Below, piece by piece: positions 14,709 to 22,051 of a DNA stretch of 24,000 bases (positions are counted from its first letter, which is position 1; each line of letters starts with the position of its first letter). Under the pieces are notes generated by a model, which made no database searches, was not told the origin of the DNA, and saw nothing but the letters and a program-made list of their open reading frames with translations. Source of the DNA: Lancefieldella rimae ATCC 49626 (lineage in GTDB: Bacteria; Actinomycetota; Coriobacteriia; Coriobacteriales; Atopobiaceae); assembly GCF_000174015.1 (NCBI RefSeq), contig NZ_ACFE01000002.1, forward strand, positions 290,430-314,429, written 5' to 3'. Position numbers and translations under genes: made by a program.

Positions 14709-14756
14709 TGGTTTGCAAAATCCCTATTTCGACCTAAAAAATGGTTTGCAAAATCC
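14709..14756 (+). repeat. Two copies of the 15-bp direct repeat TGGTTTGCAAAATCC, 33 bp apart start to start
   Basis: The copies are at 14709-14723 and 14742-14756 and are identical. They lie in the 366-bp gap between the ATPase gene and rhuM. Confidence 0.9.
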
Positions 14757-14995
14757 GAATTACTATGATTACCAGCTGTTTCTCTAGGTCAGAATTTTGC
14801 ACTCTGAAACGTGCATTGAAGAGTGGAATCTCATACTTTTCCGATTGCATTATGTTATGGTCGTTATCAGTTGAAGAATTTAGGAAAGATGTAAGTGAGC
14901 TTTACCGGCAAGGCTTTATCGTGATACTTTGTCGGAAGCTAAAGATAGAGACGTAACCTTTTAAATCTAGATGCTGTAGAGAAAGGTGCTGTTAT

Positions 14996-16081
14996 ATGGC
15001 AAGCGACAAGAAGAAAGAATTGATTGTGCGTAGCTCTGCAGCAGAGTACTTGACGTTTGTTGCTTCCACCGGAAACAGCGATGACAGTTTTGAAATGCGA
15101 TATGAGGACGAGAATATCTGGCTCACTCAAAAGATGATGGCAGAGCTTTATGGCGTATCAAAGCAGTCGATTTCTCAGCATATCAATCGCATCTATGCGG
15201 ATGGTGAGTTGACACCTGAGGCAACTGTAAAGAAATACTTGACAGTTCAAACTGAGGGGAAGCGGCAGGTCAGCCGCAATCAAGAACACTACAACCTACA
15301 GCTGATCATCGCCGTAGGTTTTAAGGTAAACAATCAACGTGCGGTACAGTTTCGTAAATGGGCCGGTCAGATTGTCAAAGACCATACTATTCAGGGCTGG
15401 ACGATGGATGTTGATCGCCTGAAAAAAGGCCATATGTTTACTGATGAGTATTTTGAGCGACAGCTGCAGCAGATTCGAGAGATTCGTCTGTCGGAGCGTA
15501 AGTTCTATCAAAAAGTTACCGATTTATATACAACGGCCTTTGATTACGACAAGGACGCAAAGACTACCCGTCTGTTCTTCCAAACAGTACAGAATAAATT
15601 GCATTATGCGGTTCATCGTCATACCGCCGCGGAACTAATTGTGAAACGAGCAGATGCTACGAAAGAGCATATGGGACTTACTACATGGGAAAATGCTCCA
15701 GAAGGAAAGATTCTAAAAGCAGACGTATCAATTGCTAAGAACTACTTGAATGAGCAAGAGATGAACTATCTGGAAAGAATTGTTTCTCTCTATTTAGATT
15801 ACGCAGAGTTGCAGGCGGAGCGCAAGATTCCCATGAGCATGGAGGACTGGGCAAAGCGTTTGGACGGTTTTCTTGAGTTCAATGAGAATGAGTTACTCAT
15901 TGGTCCTGGAAAGATCAGTGCAGAGCAAGCAAAGCTTCATGCAGAAACTGAATATGAAAAATATAGGATCACACAGGATCGTCTGTATGAAAGTGATTTC
16001 GACCGTTTTCTTTTGCTGGAGCGGGAGGTAGACGATGAGAGTAAAGCTCAGTTTAAAAAACGTCCGGAGGATTTCCTATAG
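14996..16081 (+). CDS. rhuM: RhuM-family protein (Virulence_RhuM domain)
   Basis: The protein is 361 aa. IWLTQKMMAELYGVSKQSISQHINRIYADGEL, YNLQLIIAVGFKVNNQRAVQFRKWA, EYFERQLQQIREIRLSERKFYQKVTDLY and NYLNEQEMNYLERIVSLYLDYAE are the characteristic RhuM blocks as I remember them. Confidence 0.85.
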   Translation: MASDKKKELIVRSSAAEYLTFVASTGNSDDSFEMRYEDENIWLTQKMMAELYGVSKQSISQHINRIYADGELTPEATVKKYLTVQTEGKRQVSRNQEHYNLQLIIAVGFKVNNQRAVQFRKWAGQIVKDHTIQGWTMDVDRLKKGHMFTDEYFERQLQQIREIRLSERKFYQKVTDLYTTAFDYDKDAKTTRLFFQTVQNKLHYAVHRHTAAELIVKRADATKEHMGLTTWENAPEGKILKADVSIAKNYLNEQEMNYLERIVSLYLDYAELQAERKIPMSMEDWAKRLDGFLEFNENELLIGPGKISAEQAKLHAETEYEKYRITQDRLYESDFDRFLLLEREVDDESKAQFKKRPEDFL

Positions 16082-16201
16082 CAAATAAGATTGCTTTTGC
16101 GATGGTTGGTCATCTAGGAAAAGTTTGCTTTTGATGATGCATCTGTGGCTTTGTGTGAAGCTTATAGTAAAGATACGTTGCTGAGATAGGTTTATTGGAT
16201 G

Positions 16202-16240
16202 CTAAGACCTCATTTTAGATTTCGTGAAATGAGGTCTTAG
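16202..16240. terminator. Hairpin between the convergent rhuM and HAD genes, probably a bidirectional terminator
   Basis: The stem is CTAAGACCTCATTT (16202-16215) pairing with AAATGAGGTCTTAG (16227-16240), 14 bp and perfect, with an 11-nt loop. Its A/T-rich inner stem ends supply U-runs in both orientations. It lies between the stops at 16081 (+) and 16250 (-). Confidence 0.6.
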
Positions 16241-16249
16241 TGTAAACAG

Positions 16250-17356
16250 TTACTCCTTATTTGGTAACGAATTGAAAAAGCGTTTAACGTCAGAGTCCTC
16301 ACGTATTGCAGATACTTGACTGTTTTTCTCTCCAATCTCGAAAAGTCTTCTAATTTCTGATGGCTCCCATTCATCTTTTTTGATTTCTTCTAATTCCGCG
16401 ATAACAGAGTGAGTGGTTGCATATGTTCTACTATCTTCTAACTGGTTTATCAGCTTTTGTCTTTTTTTGAAGCTTGCATCTTGTGCTTTTGTCTCCCGGT
16501 CTTTTAAGTCAATGCACTCATAGTGAAAATCTTCGAGAGCTTCATTAGCTTCTGTACGATCAATAATTTTTTTAACAAGACTCTCTAATTGTGATTCAGA
16601 AGAATAGTCTGCAGCTGCAAAGTACTTAATTCGATTTTCATTAAGAAGGCTAAACACTCTTTCTTTATTTTCATCTTTAGGATTAAACACTCCGATTGAG
16701 TGTCCTCCGTTTATATTCACTAGCTTCATGCACGGAATATCAGTCGCACTATCTCCTATATATACGATATTTCTAAAAGGGATTTTTATTTTATTTGGAG
16801 ACAGATAATTATTCACGCTCTGATCATTAACATCCAATACGTCTTTTTCAATTCTAAAAAGATATTGTGTTTTATCTGTATAGTTCACAACTTGGGCAGG
16901 CCATCGTGCCACGTTATCTTTGTCGTAATAAAAGGAACTTGCATAAATTTTTTTAAATTCTGGTGCGATAGGAGTTCCCTCAATAATTTCTTTTAAACCT
17001 GAAGAGATGATGTAATGCTCAACAGTCACATTATGTTCCTTGCCATAGTCATTTATTCTTTTAAACCAATCTTTCACACCGTTGTAGAGTGAAATTTTTT
17101 CACCGTATTCTTTAAGTGAATTTTTTGTTATATAAAATTTCCCCGTTGATAATTTTGACATAGAATACATGTAGGCAAGATTTTGGTCCATGTCATTATG
17201 TAGTGCAAGTGAGTTTGAATTTTTCCAAAATTCATCGATATCGTAGCCAAGTGATTGAATAAACCCTTGGTTTTGCATATCTGTGTGGGTAAGGGTTTTA
17301 TCAAAATCATAACAAATGGCTAAAATTATTGGTTTGTTTTTAGATTGTGTGCACAT
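16250..17356 (-). CDS. HAD-superfamily (IB-like) phosphatase with a charged helical C-terminal extension of about 100 aa
   Basis: The protein is 368 aa, with a GAAAGGA Shine-Dalgarno 5 nt before the ATG. HAD motif I is ICYDFDKTLT (DxDxT), motif II is IISSG, motif III is the lysine in NYTDKTQY, and motif IV is YIGDSATDIP. The C-terminal segment EANEALEDFHYECIDLKDRETKAQDASFKKRQKLINQLED...EEIKKDEWEPSEIRRLFEIGEK is helical and charged. The gene is very AT-rich, roughly one-third GC in lines I counted by eye. Confidence 0.8.
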   Translation of the reverse strand: MCTQSKNKPIILAICYDFDKTLTHTDMQNQGFIQSLGYDIDEFWKNSNSLALHNDMDQNLAYMYSMSKLSTGKFYITKNSLKEYGEKISLYNGVKDWFKRINDYGKEHNVTVEHYIISSGLKEIIEGTPIAPEFKKIYASSFYYDKDNVARWPAQVVNYTDKTQYLFRIEKDVLDVNDQSVNNYLSPNKIKIPFRNIVYIGDSATDIPCMKLVNINGGHSIGVFNPKDENKERVFSLLNENRIKYFAAADYSSESQLESLVKKIIDRTEANEALEDFHYECIDLKDRETKAQDASFKKRQKLINQLEDSRTYATTHSVIAELEEIKKDEWEPSEIRRLFEIGEKNSQVSAIREDSDVKRFFNSLPNKE

Positions 17357-17681
17357 GTAAATCCTTTCTAAACGAATTACTCAAGCGCCTTCTATTATGG
17401 ACCACCACATTAGAAATTTCGTTTTGTACTGATATTGGGATAAGAAGAATGGGAGACTGACGAGTTAAAGTGGCTAATAGGTGTTGAGCTTAGCATAAGT
17501 AAAAATCTACCACAAACACACTTAGATTATGTATATAAACCCGACATAGGGGGAATAAGCAGAGACGTAAAGATGAAACACCGCAGATGCGGATGTCGTT
17601 AATACGTGCTCTGAACAGGTAGAACGCAAATAAGCACGTACTTCTCGCCAGCCGGGTCTGCATAGGAAAGGAACATGAACT

Positions 17682-19589
17682 ATGGGAAAGATTCTTGGTA
17701 TCGACCTCGGCACTACCAACTCGGCTATGGCTGTCCTCGAAGGTGGCGAGCCGACTATTATCGTTAACGCTGAGGGCGATCGCACTACTCCGTCGGTCGT
17801 GGGTTTCCGCGCTGACGGTGACCGCATTGTCGGTAAGGCAGCAAAGAACCAAGCTGTTACCAACCCTGTGAACACGGTATTCTCCATCAAGCGCTTCATG
17901 GGCCGCAAGTTTGACGAGGTCCAGTCCGAGATGAAGACCGTTCCGTACAAGGTCAAGTCTGGCACCGACGGTCGTGCCGTTGTGGAGATTGAGGGCACCG
18001 ATTACACGCCTGAGCAGATCAGCGCCATGATCCTCTCTAAGATGAAGGCTGACGCCGAGAAGTACCTCGGTGAGAAAGTAACCGACGCCGTCATTACCGT
18101 CCCTGCGTACTTCAATGACTCCCAGCGTCAGGCAACCAAAGACGCCGGCAAGATTGCAGGCCTCAATGTCCAGCGTATCGTTAACGAGCCGACGGCAGCT
18201 GCCCTTGCTTACGGTCTTGATAAGAAAGACAAGGATCAGAAAGTCCTCGTCTTCGACCTAGGCGGCGGCACCTTTGACGTCTCGCTTCTTGACCTTGCCG
18301 ACGGCGTTGTTGAGGTCCTCGCCACTAACGGCGACAACCACCTGGGCGGCGATGACTGGGACCAGCGCGTGATTGACTGGCTTGCCGATAAGTTCAACTC
18401 TGACAACGGCATTGACCTGCGCAAGGATCCTATGGCACTTCAGCGTCTGAAGGAGGCTGCGGAGAACGCCAAGAAGGAACTCTCCAGCGCTCAGCAAGCA
18501 CAGATTAACCTGCCGTTTATTACCGCTGACGCAACCGGTCCTAAGCACCTTGACTACACGCTGACCCGTGCTGAGTTTGAGCGCATCACGCGTGATTTGC
18601 TCGACCGCTGCAAGACCCCGGTAACCAAGGCACTTCAGGACGCCGGTCTTCAGATTTCCAACGTTGACGAGGTCATTCTCGTCGGTGGCTCAACCCGTAT
18701 GCCTGCCGTTCAGGATCTTGTGAAGACTATGACCGGCAAGCAGCCCAACATGTCCGTGAACCCGGACGAGGTCGTCGCTGACGGTGCGGCCGTCCAGGGC
18801 GGCGTTCTGACCGGCGACGTCTCCGGCATCCTGCTTCTGGACGTTACCCCGCTTTCCCTTGGCGTTGAGACCATGGGTGGCGTGATGACCAAGATGATCG
18901 ACCGTAACACCACCATCCCGACGTCCAAGACGGAGATCTATTCCACGGCTGCCGACAACCAGACGTCCGTTGAGATTAACGTCCTTCAGGGCGAGCGCGA
19001 GATGGCTGCGGACAACAAGTCGCTCGGCAAGTTCAACCTGACTGGCATTCCTGCAGCTCGTCGTGGCACTCCTCAGATTGAGGTTACCTTCGACATCGAC
19101 GCCAACGGTATCGTGAAGGTTACCGCAAAGGATAAGGCAACGGGTAAGTCCCAGGAGATTACCATCTCCGGCTCCACCGCGCTTTCTGACGACGAAGTCG
19201 ATCGCATGGTCAAGGACGCAGAGTCTCACGCCGAGGAAGATAAGAAGCGCAAGGATGAGATTGAGGTCCGCAACCAGACCGACTCTCTTGCGTACGGCAC
19301 CGAGCAGACGCTGAAGGATCTTGGCGACAAGGTCCCCGAGGATCAGAAGAAGGCCACCGAGGAGGCCGTTGCTGAGGCTCGTAAGGCACTTGAAGGTACC
19401 GATATCGAGGCCATCAAGGCAGCCGGCGAGAAGCTCCAAGAGGTCGGACACAAACTCGCCGAAGTAGCGTACGCTGACGCCCAGGCTCAGACTGCGGGTA
19501 CGGACGGCGCCTCTGCCGGAAACTCTTCCGACGGCGACGTTGAAGATGCTGATTACGAGGTTGTTGACGACGACAAGTCTCAGAACTAA
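17682..19589 (+). CDS. dnaK: Molecular chaperone DnaK (Hsp70)
   Basis: The protein is 635 aa. The matching blocks are [70 protein letters not shown] and an acidic C-terminal tail. AAGGA lies upstream of the ATG. Confidence 0.98.
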   Translation: MGKILGIDLGTTNSAMAVLEGGEPTIIVNAEGDRTTPSVVGFRADGDRIVGKAAKNQAVTNPVNTVFSIKRFMGRKFDEVQSEMKTVPYKVKSGTDGRAVVEIEGTDYTPEQISAMILSKMKADAEKYLGEKVTDAVITVPAYFNDSQRQATKDAGKIAGLNVQRIVNEPTAAALAYGLDKKDKDQKVLVFDLGGGTFDVSLLDLADGVVEVLATNGDNHLGGDDWDQRVIDWLADKFNSDNGIDLRKDPMALQRLKEAAENAKKELSSAQQAQINLPFITADATGPKHLDYTLTRAEFERITRDLLDRCKTPVTKALQDAGLQISNVDEVILVGGSTRMPAVQDLVKTMTGKQPNMSVNPDEVVADGAAVQGGVLTGDVSGILLLDVTPLSLGVETMGGVMTKMIDRNTTIPTSKTEIYSTAADNQTSVEINVLQGEREMAADNKSLGKFNLTGIPAARRGTPQIEVTFDIDANGIVKVTAKDKATGKSQEITISGSTALSDDEVDRMVKDAESHAEEDKKRKDEIEVRNQTDSLAYGTEQTLKDLGDKVPEDQKKATEEAVAEARKALEGTDIEAIKAAGEKLQEVGHKLAEVAYADAQAQTAGTDGASAGNSSDGDVEDADYEVVDDDKSQN

Positions 19590-19721
19590 GGTGCGAGCGG
19601 AAGGGCTTCTCGCCATTGCTGTGCGCTAGGGGCAAACGGAAGTTGGAGAAGCAAGACGTTCGCATTGGGGAGGTGGCCGGCTTTGATCGGCTGCCTCCCT
19701 CGTACATAGAAGGAGGGTGAC

Positions 19722-20558
19722 GTGAACGTGCCAATTGATGAGGGCAAAGACGCCGCTTTTGAAAATGAGAATAACGGAGGCGCACAGGTGGGCGCTGCCG
19801 GTGTAGACGGAGATGACGTTGCCGGTGCCGCAGGTGCGGCTGCCGCTGATGACCTCGACGAGCAGGCCATGGTTGAAGAGGCTATCCGTCGGGGGGAAGA
19901 GCAGGCGGAGCGTGAGATTGCGGAGGATGCCAATAAGGCTCGCTCCGAGCGCGATGCTCTGCAGGCTCAGCTTGATTCCGTGGCAGATCAGATTGAGGCC
20001 GCCAAAAAGGAAGCCGCAGAGGCCACCGATAGATTTGTGCGTCTGCAGGCAGATTGGGATAATTACCGTCGTCGCACGGCTCAGGAGCGCCTGGACGAGC
20101 GTGAGCGCGCAACGGAGAAGCTGGTAGTCGAACTCTTGCCGGTCATTGATGACTTGGAGCGTGCGATTGAACACGCCGATAATCTCACGGATTCGCAGTC
20201 GATACAGTTTGTCGAAGGCGTTTCGGCGGTAAAGAATAAGCTCGTAGGCGTACTGAACAAAGAGGGCGTCAACGTGATTGACCCTGCCGGCGAGGCGTTT
20301 GATCCGCTGTCGCATCAGGCGGTCGGCCGGGTTGAGGATACCGAGGCATACGATGAAAGCGTTGCACAGGTATATCAGAAGGGCTATCGCATGGGCGGCA
20401 AGGTCATCCGCACCGCCATGGTGACGGTGACGCACGGCGGACCCAAGCGTCCCGAAGAGAGCAATAAAGATACGGATGCCGGCAAGGACGCCGACATTGC
20501 TGATGATGCCAGCGACGGCGATACCGCTGATGCAGGCGGTGACAAGGACACCAAGTAA
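19722..20558 (+). CDS. grpE: Nucleotide-exchange factor GrpE, with low-complexity Ala/Gly/Asp-rich N- and C-terminal extensions
   Basis: The protein is 278 aa with a GTG start after GAAGGAGGG. The GrpE core is RLQADWDNYRRRTAQE...LLPVIDDLERA...G.E.FDP..HQAV...V.QKGY..GGKVIRTAMV.V. The extensions (GAAGVDGDDVAGAAGAAAADD and DTDAGKDADIADDASDGDTADAGGDKD) make it longer than the usual roughly 200 aa. Confidence 0.93.
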   Translation: MNVPIDEGKDAAFENENNGGAQVGAAGVDGDDVAGAAGAAAADDLDEQAMVEEAIRRGEEQAEREIAEDANKARSERDALQAQLDSVADQIEAAKKEAAEATDRFVRLQADWDNYRRRTAQERLDERERATEKLVVELLPVIDDLERAIEHADNLTDSQSIQFVEGVSAVKNKLVGVLNKEGVNVIDPAGEAFDPLSHQAVGRVEDTEAYDESVAQVYQKGYRMGGKVIRTAMVTVTHGGPKRPEESNKDTDAGKDADIADDASDGDTADAGGDKDTK

Positions 20559-20592
20559 GTAAAACTTTTATGAGAGGAGGTCGTGCTTAGTC

Positions 20593-21525
20593 ATGGCTGG
20601 TAAGAAAACATTTTATGACGTGTTGGGTGTGAAGCGCGACGCCTCGAAGAGCGACATCCAGAAAGCTTTCCGCAAGCTCGCTGCTAAATATCATCCTGAT
20701 GCGGGCGGCGATGAGAATAAGTTCAAGGAGATTTCCGAGGCGTACAACACACTTTCAGACGAATCCAAGCGCAAGGAATATGACCAGATGCTTATGTTTG
20801 GCGGCATTCCGGGCTCGGGCTTTGGAGGTCGCGGCACGCAGGGTGGCTACACCTATACCACCAATGTCGACGGCGCTGATTTTGCCGATATCTTTGGCGG
20901 TATGGGCGGTATGGGAGGCTTCGATTTCTCTTCCATTTTCGGTGGCGGTCGAGCTGCTGCTAACAGACCATCTGCCGGCGGAGATTTGACGATGTCCGTT
21001 GAGGTGAGCTTTGATGAGGCGCTTAAAGGCACTTCTCGCAAAGCAACCTACCGTATTCCTTCGACGGGCGATGAGCAAACGCTGACTATCAAGATACCTG
21101 CAGGTGCGTACGACGGCATGAAGCTCAGGTACAAGAAGCGTGGCGAATACGGAATTAACGGCGGACAGCGCGGTAACCTGGTGGTTTCCATCAAAGTTGA
21201 TCCGCATCCGGTGTTCAAGCGTGACGGTGCTGACGTGAGGATGGAGCTGCCCATCAGTATGTATGAGGCCGCTCTTGGTGCAACGGTTGAAGTTCCTACG
21301 CCCGACGGCACGACGGTTCGCCTGAAGGTTCCCACCGGTACACAGAACGGCAAGACGTTCCGCTTCCGCGAGCTCGGTGCGCCGCGCGTGAAAAATCCGG
21401 ATTCTCGTGGAGCTTTGTATGTGTCGGTTGACGTGAAGGTTCCTACAAGACTGACCAAGAAGGAGCGCGAGGCGTTGGAGTCTCTGAAGGACGACGACGC
21501 TCGCAGCTACCGAAAGGATGTGTAA
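20593..21525 (+). CDS. dnaJ: J-domain co-chaperone of the CbpA/class-II type (J domain + G/F region + C-terminal substrate-binding domains, no zinc finger)
   Basis: The protein is 310 aa. The J domain is FYDVLGV...AFRKLAAKYHPDAGGDE.KFKEISEAYNTLSD..KRKEYD and the Gly/Phe-rich linker is GGMGGMGGFDFSSIFGGG. The whole translation contains no cysteine, so there is no CxxCxGxG zinc-finger domain. Confidence 0.9.
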   Translation: MAGKKTFYDVLGVKRDASKSDIQKAFRKLAAKYHPDAGGDENKFKEISEAYNTLSDESKRKEYDQMLMFGGIPGSGFGGRGTQGGYTYTTNVDGADFADIFGGMGGMGGFDFSSIFGGGRAAANRPSAGGDLTMSVEVSFDEALKGTSRKATYRIPSTGDEQTLTIKIPAGAYDGMKLRYKKRGEYGINGGQRGNLVVSIKVDPHPVFKRDGADVRMELPISMYEAALGATVEVPTPDGTTVRLKVPTGTQNGKTFRFRELGAPRVKNPDSRGALYVSVDVKVPTRLTKKEREALESLKDDDARSYRKDV

Positions 21526-21528
21526 ACG

Positions 21529-22002
21529 ATGGCGCGCAAGAGCGACGAGAATCGCAAAAGTCGGGAAAGTCGCAATAAACCGCTCTACATGATTAGCGTT
21601 GCGGCTGAGCTTACGGGCATGCATCCACAGACCCTTCGTGTCTACGAACAGAAGGGTCTGGTCAATCCCGGCAGGTCCCGCGGTAATACGCGTCTGTATT
21701 CGCGTGCAGATATCGACCGGTTGAACCTTGTGGCCAAGCTGACGGACGAGGGCATCAACCTTGCCGGCGTCGTGCGCATTCTCGACATGCGCGAGCGTGC
21801 TGTTGAGAAGGACGATGAAATCGATGAGCTCCGTGCCCGTGTCCGTGAGCTTGAGGATGAGCTGCACGAGTACAAGATGCGTGAACGCATTACCTCGCTT
21901 GCCCGCTACGAGGAGTCGAGTCCTGAGCAGATCATGCAGCGCCTTTTGGGTATGTCGTCAGATGCTGAAGATGCCGAAGACGATACCGAGAAAGATGCAT
22001 AA
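21529..22002 (+). CDS. hspR: MerR-family heat-shock repressor HspR
   Basis: The protein is 157 aa and starts 3 nt after the dnaJ stop. It has the MerR-type [49 protein letters not shown], then a coiled coil and an acidic tail. Being the last gene of dnaK-grpE-dnaJ is the classic actinobacterial HspR position. Confidence 0.9.
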   Translation: MARKSDENRKSRESRNKPLYMISVAAELTGMHPQTLRVYEQKGLVNPGRSRGNTRLYSRADIDRLNLVAKLTDEGINLAGVVRILDMRERAVEKDDEIDELRARVRELEDELHEYKMRERITSLARYEESSPEQIMQRLLGMSSDAEDAEDDTEKDA

Positions 22003-22051
22003 AGAGGTAAACTATACAAATAACATCTAAAGCATCCAAGAGGGAGAACAC

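Noticed and set aside
14741-14956. A 71-aa ORF between the ATPase gene and rhuM
   Set aside because: It has no ribosome-binding site and a Cys/Ile/Phe-rich, non-protein-like composition. It starts inside the direct-repeat region. I treat the stretch as non-coding.
17379-17385. ACTCAAG, an exact HAIR (HspR operator) half-site
   Set aside because: No CTTGAGT partner lies 7 nt upstream; that position reads TTTCTAA. The site is next to the HAD gene start, about 300 bp from dnaK. A single 7-mer is not enough to call an operator.
17490-17517. TTAGCATAA, which resembles the left arm of CIRCE (TTAGCACTC)
   Set aside because: The right arm expected 9 nt downstream (GAGTGCTAA) is absent, and no hrcA is in the window.
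18690-19616. A 308-aa ORF on the minus strand
   Set aside because: It lies entirely antisense to dnaK. Its translation is Arg/Leu/Gly/Val-rich and of low complexity, the usual shadow ORF of a GC-rich, codon-biased gene. It has no Shine-Dalgarno sequence.
19626-20435. A 269-aa ORF on the minus strand
   Set aside because: It is antisense to grpE and has no recognisable motifs or ribosome-binding site. The plus-strand GrpE reading is strongly supported.
20755-21867. A 370-aa ORF on the minus strand
   Set aside because: It is antisense to dnaJ and hspR and spans their junction. It is a shadow ORF of GC-rich coding sequence.
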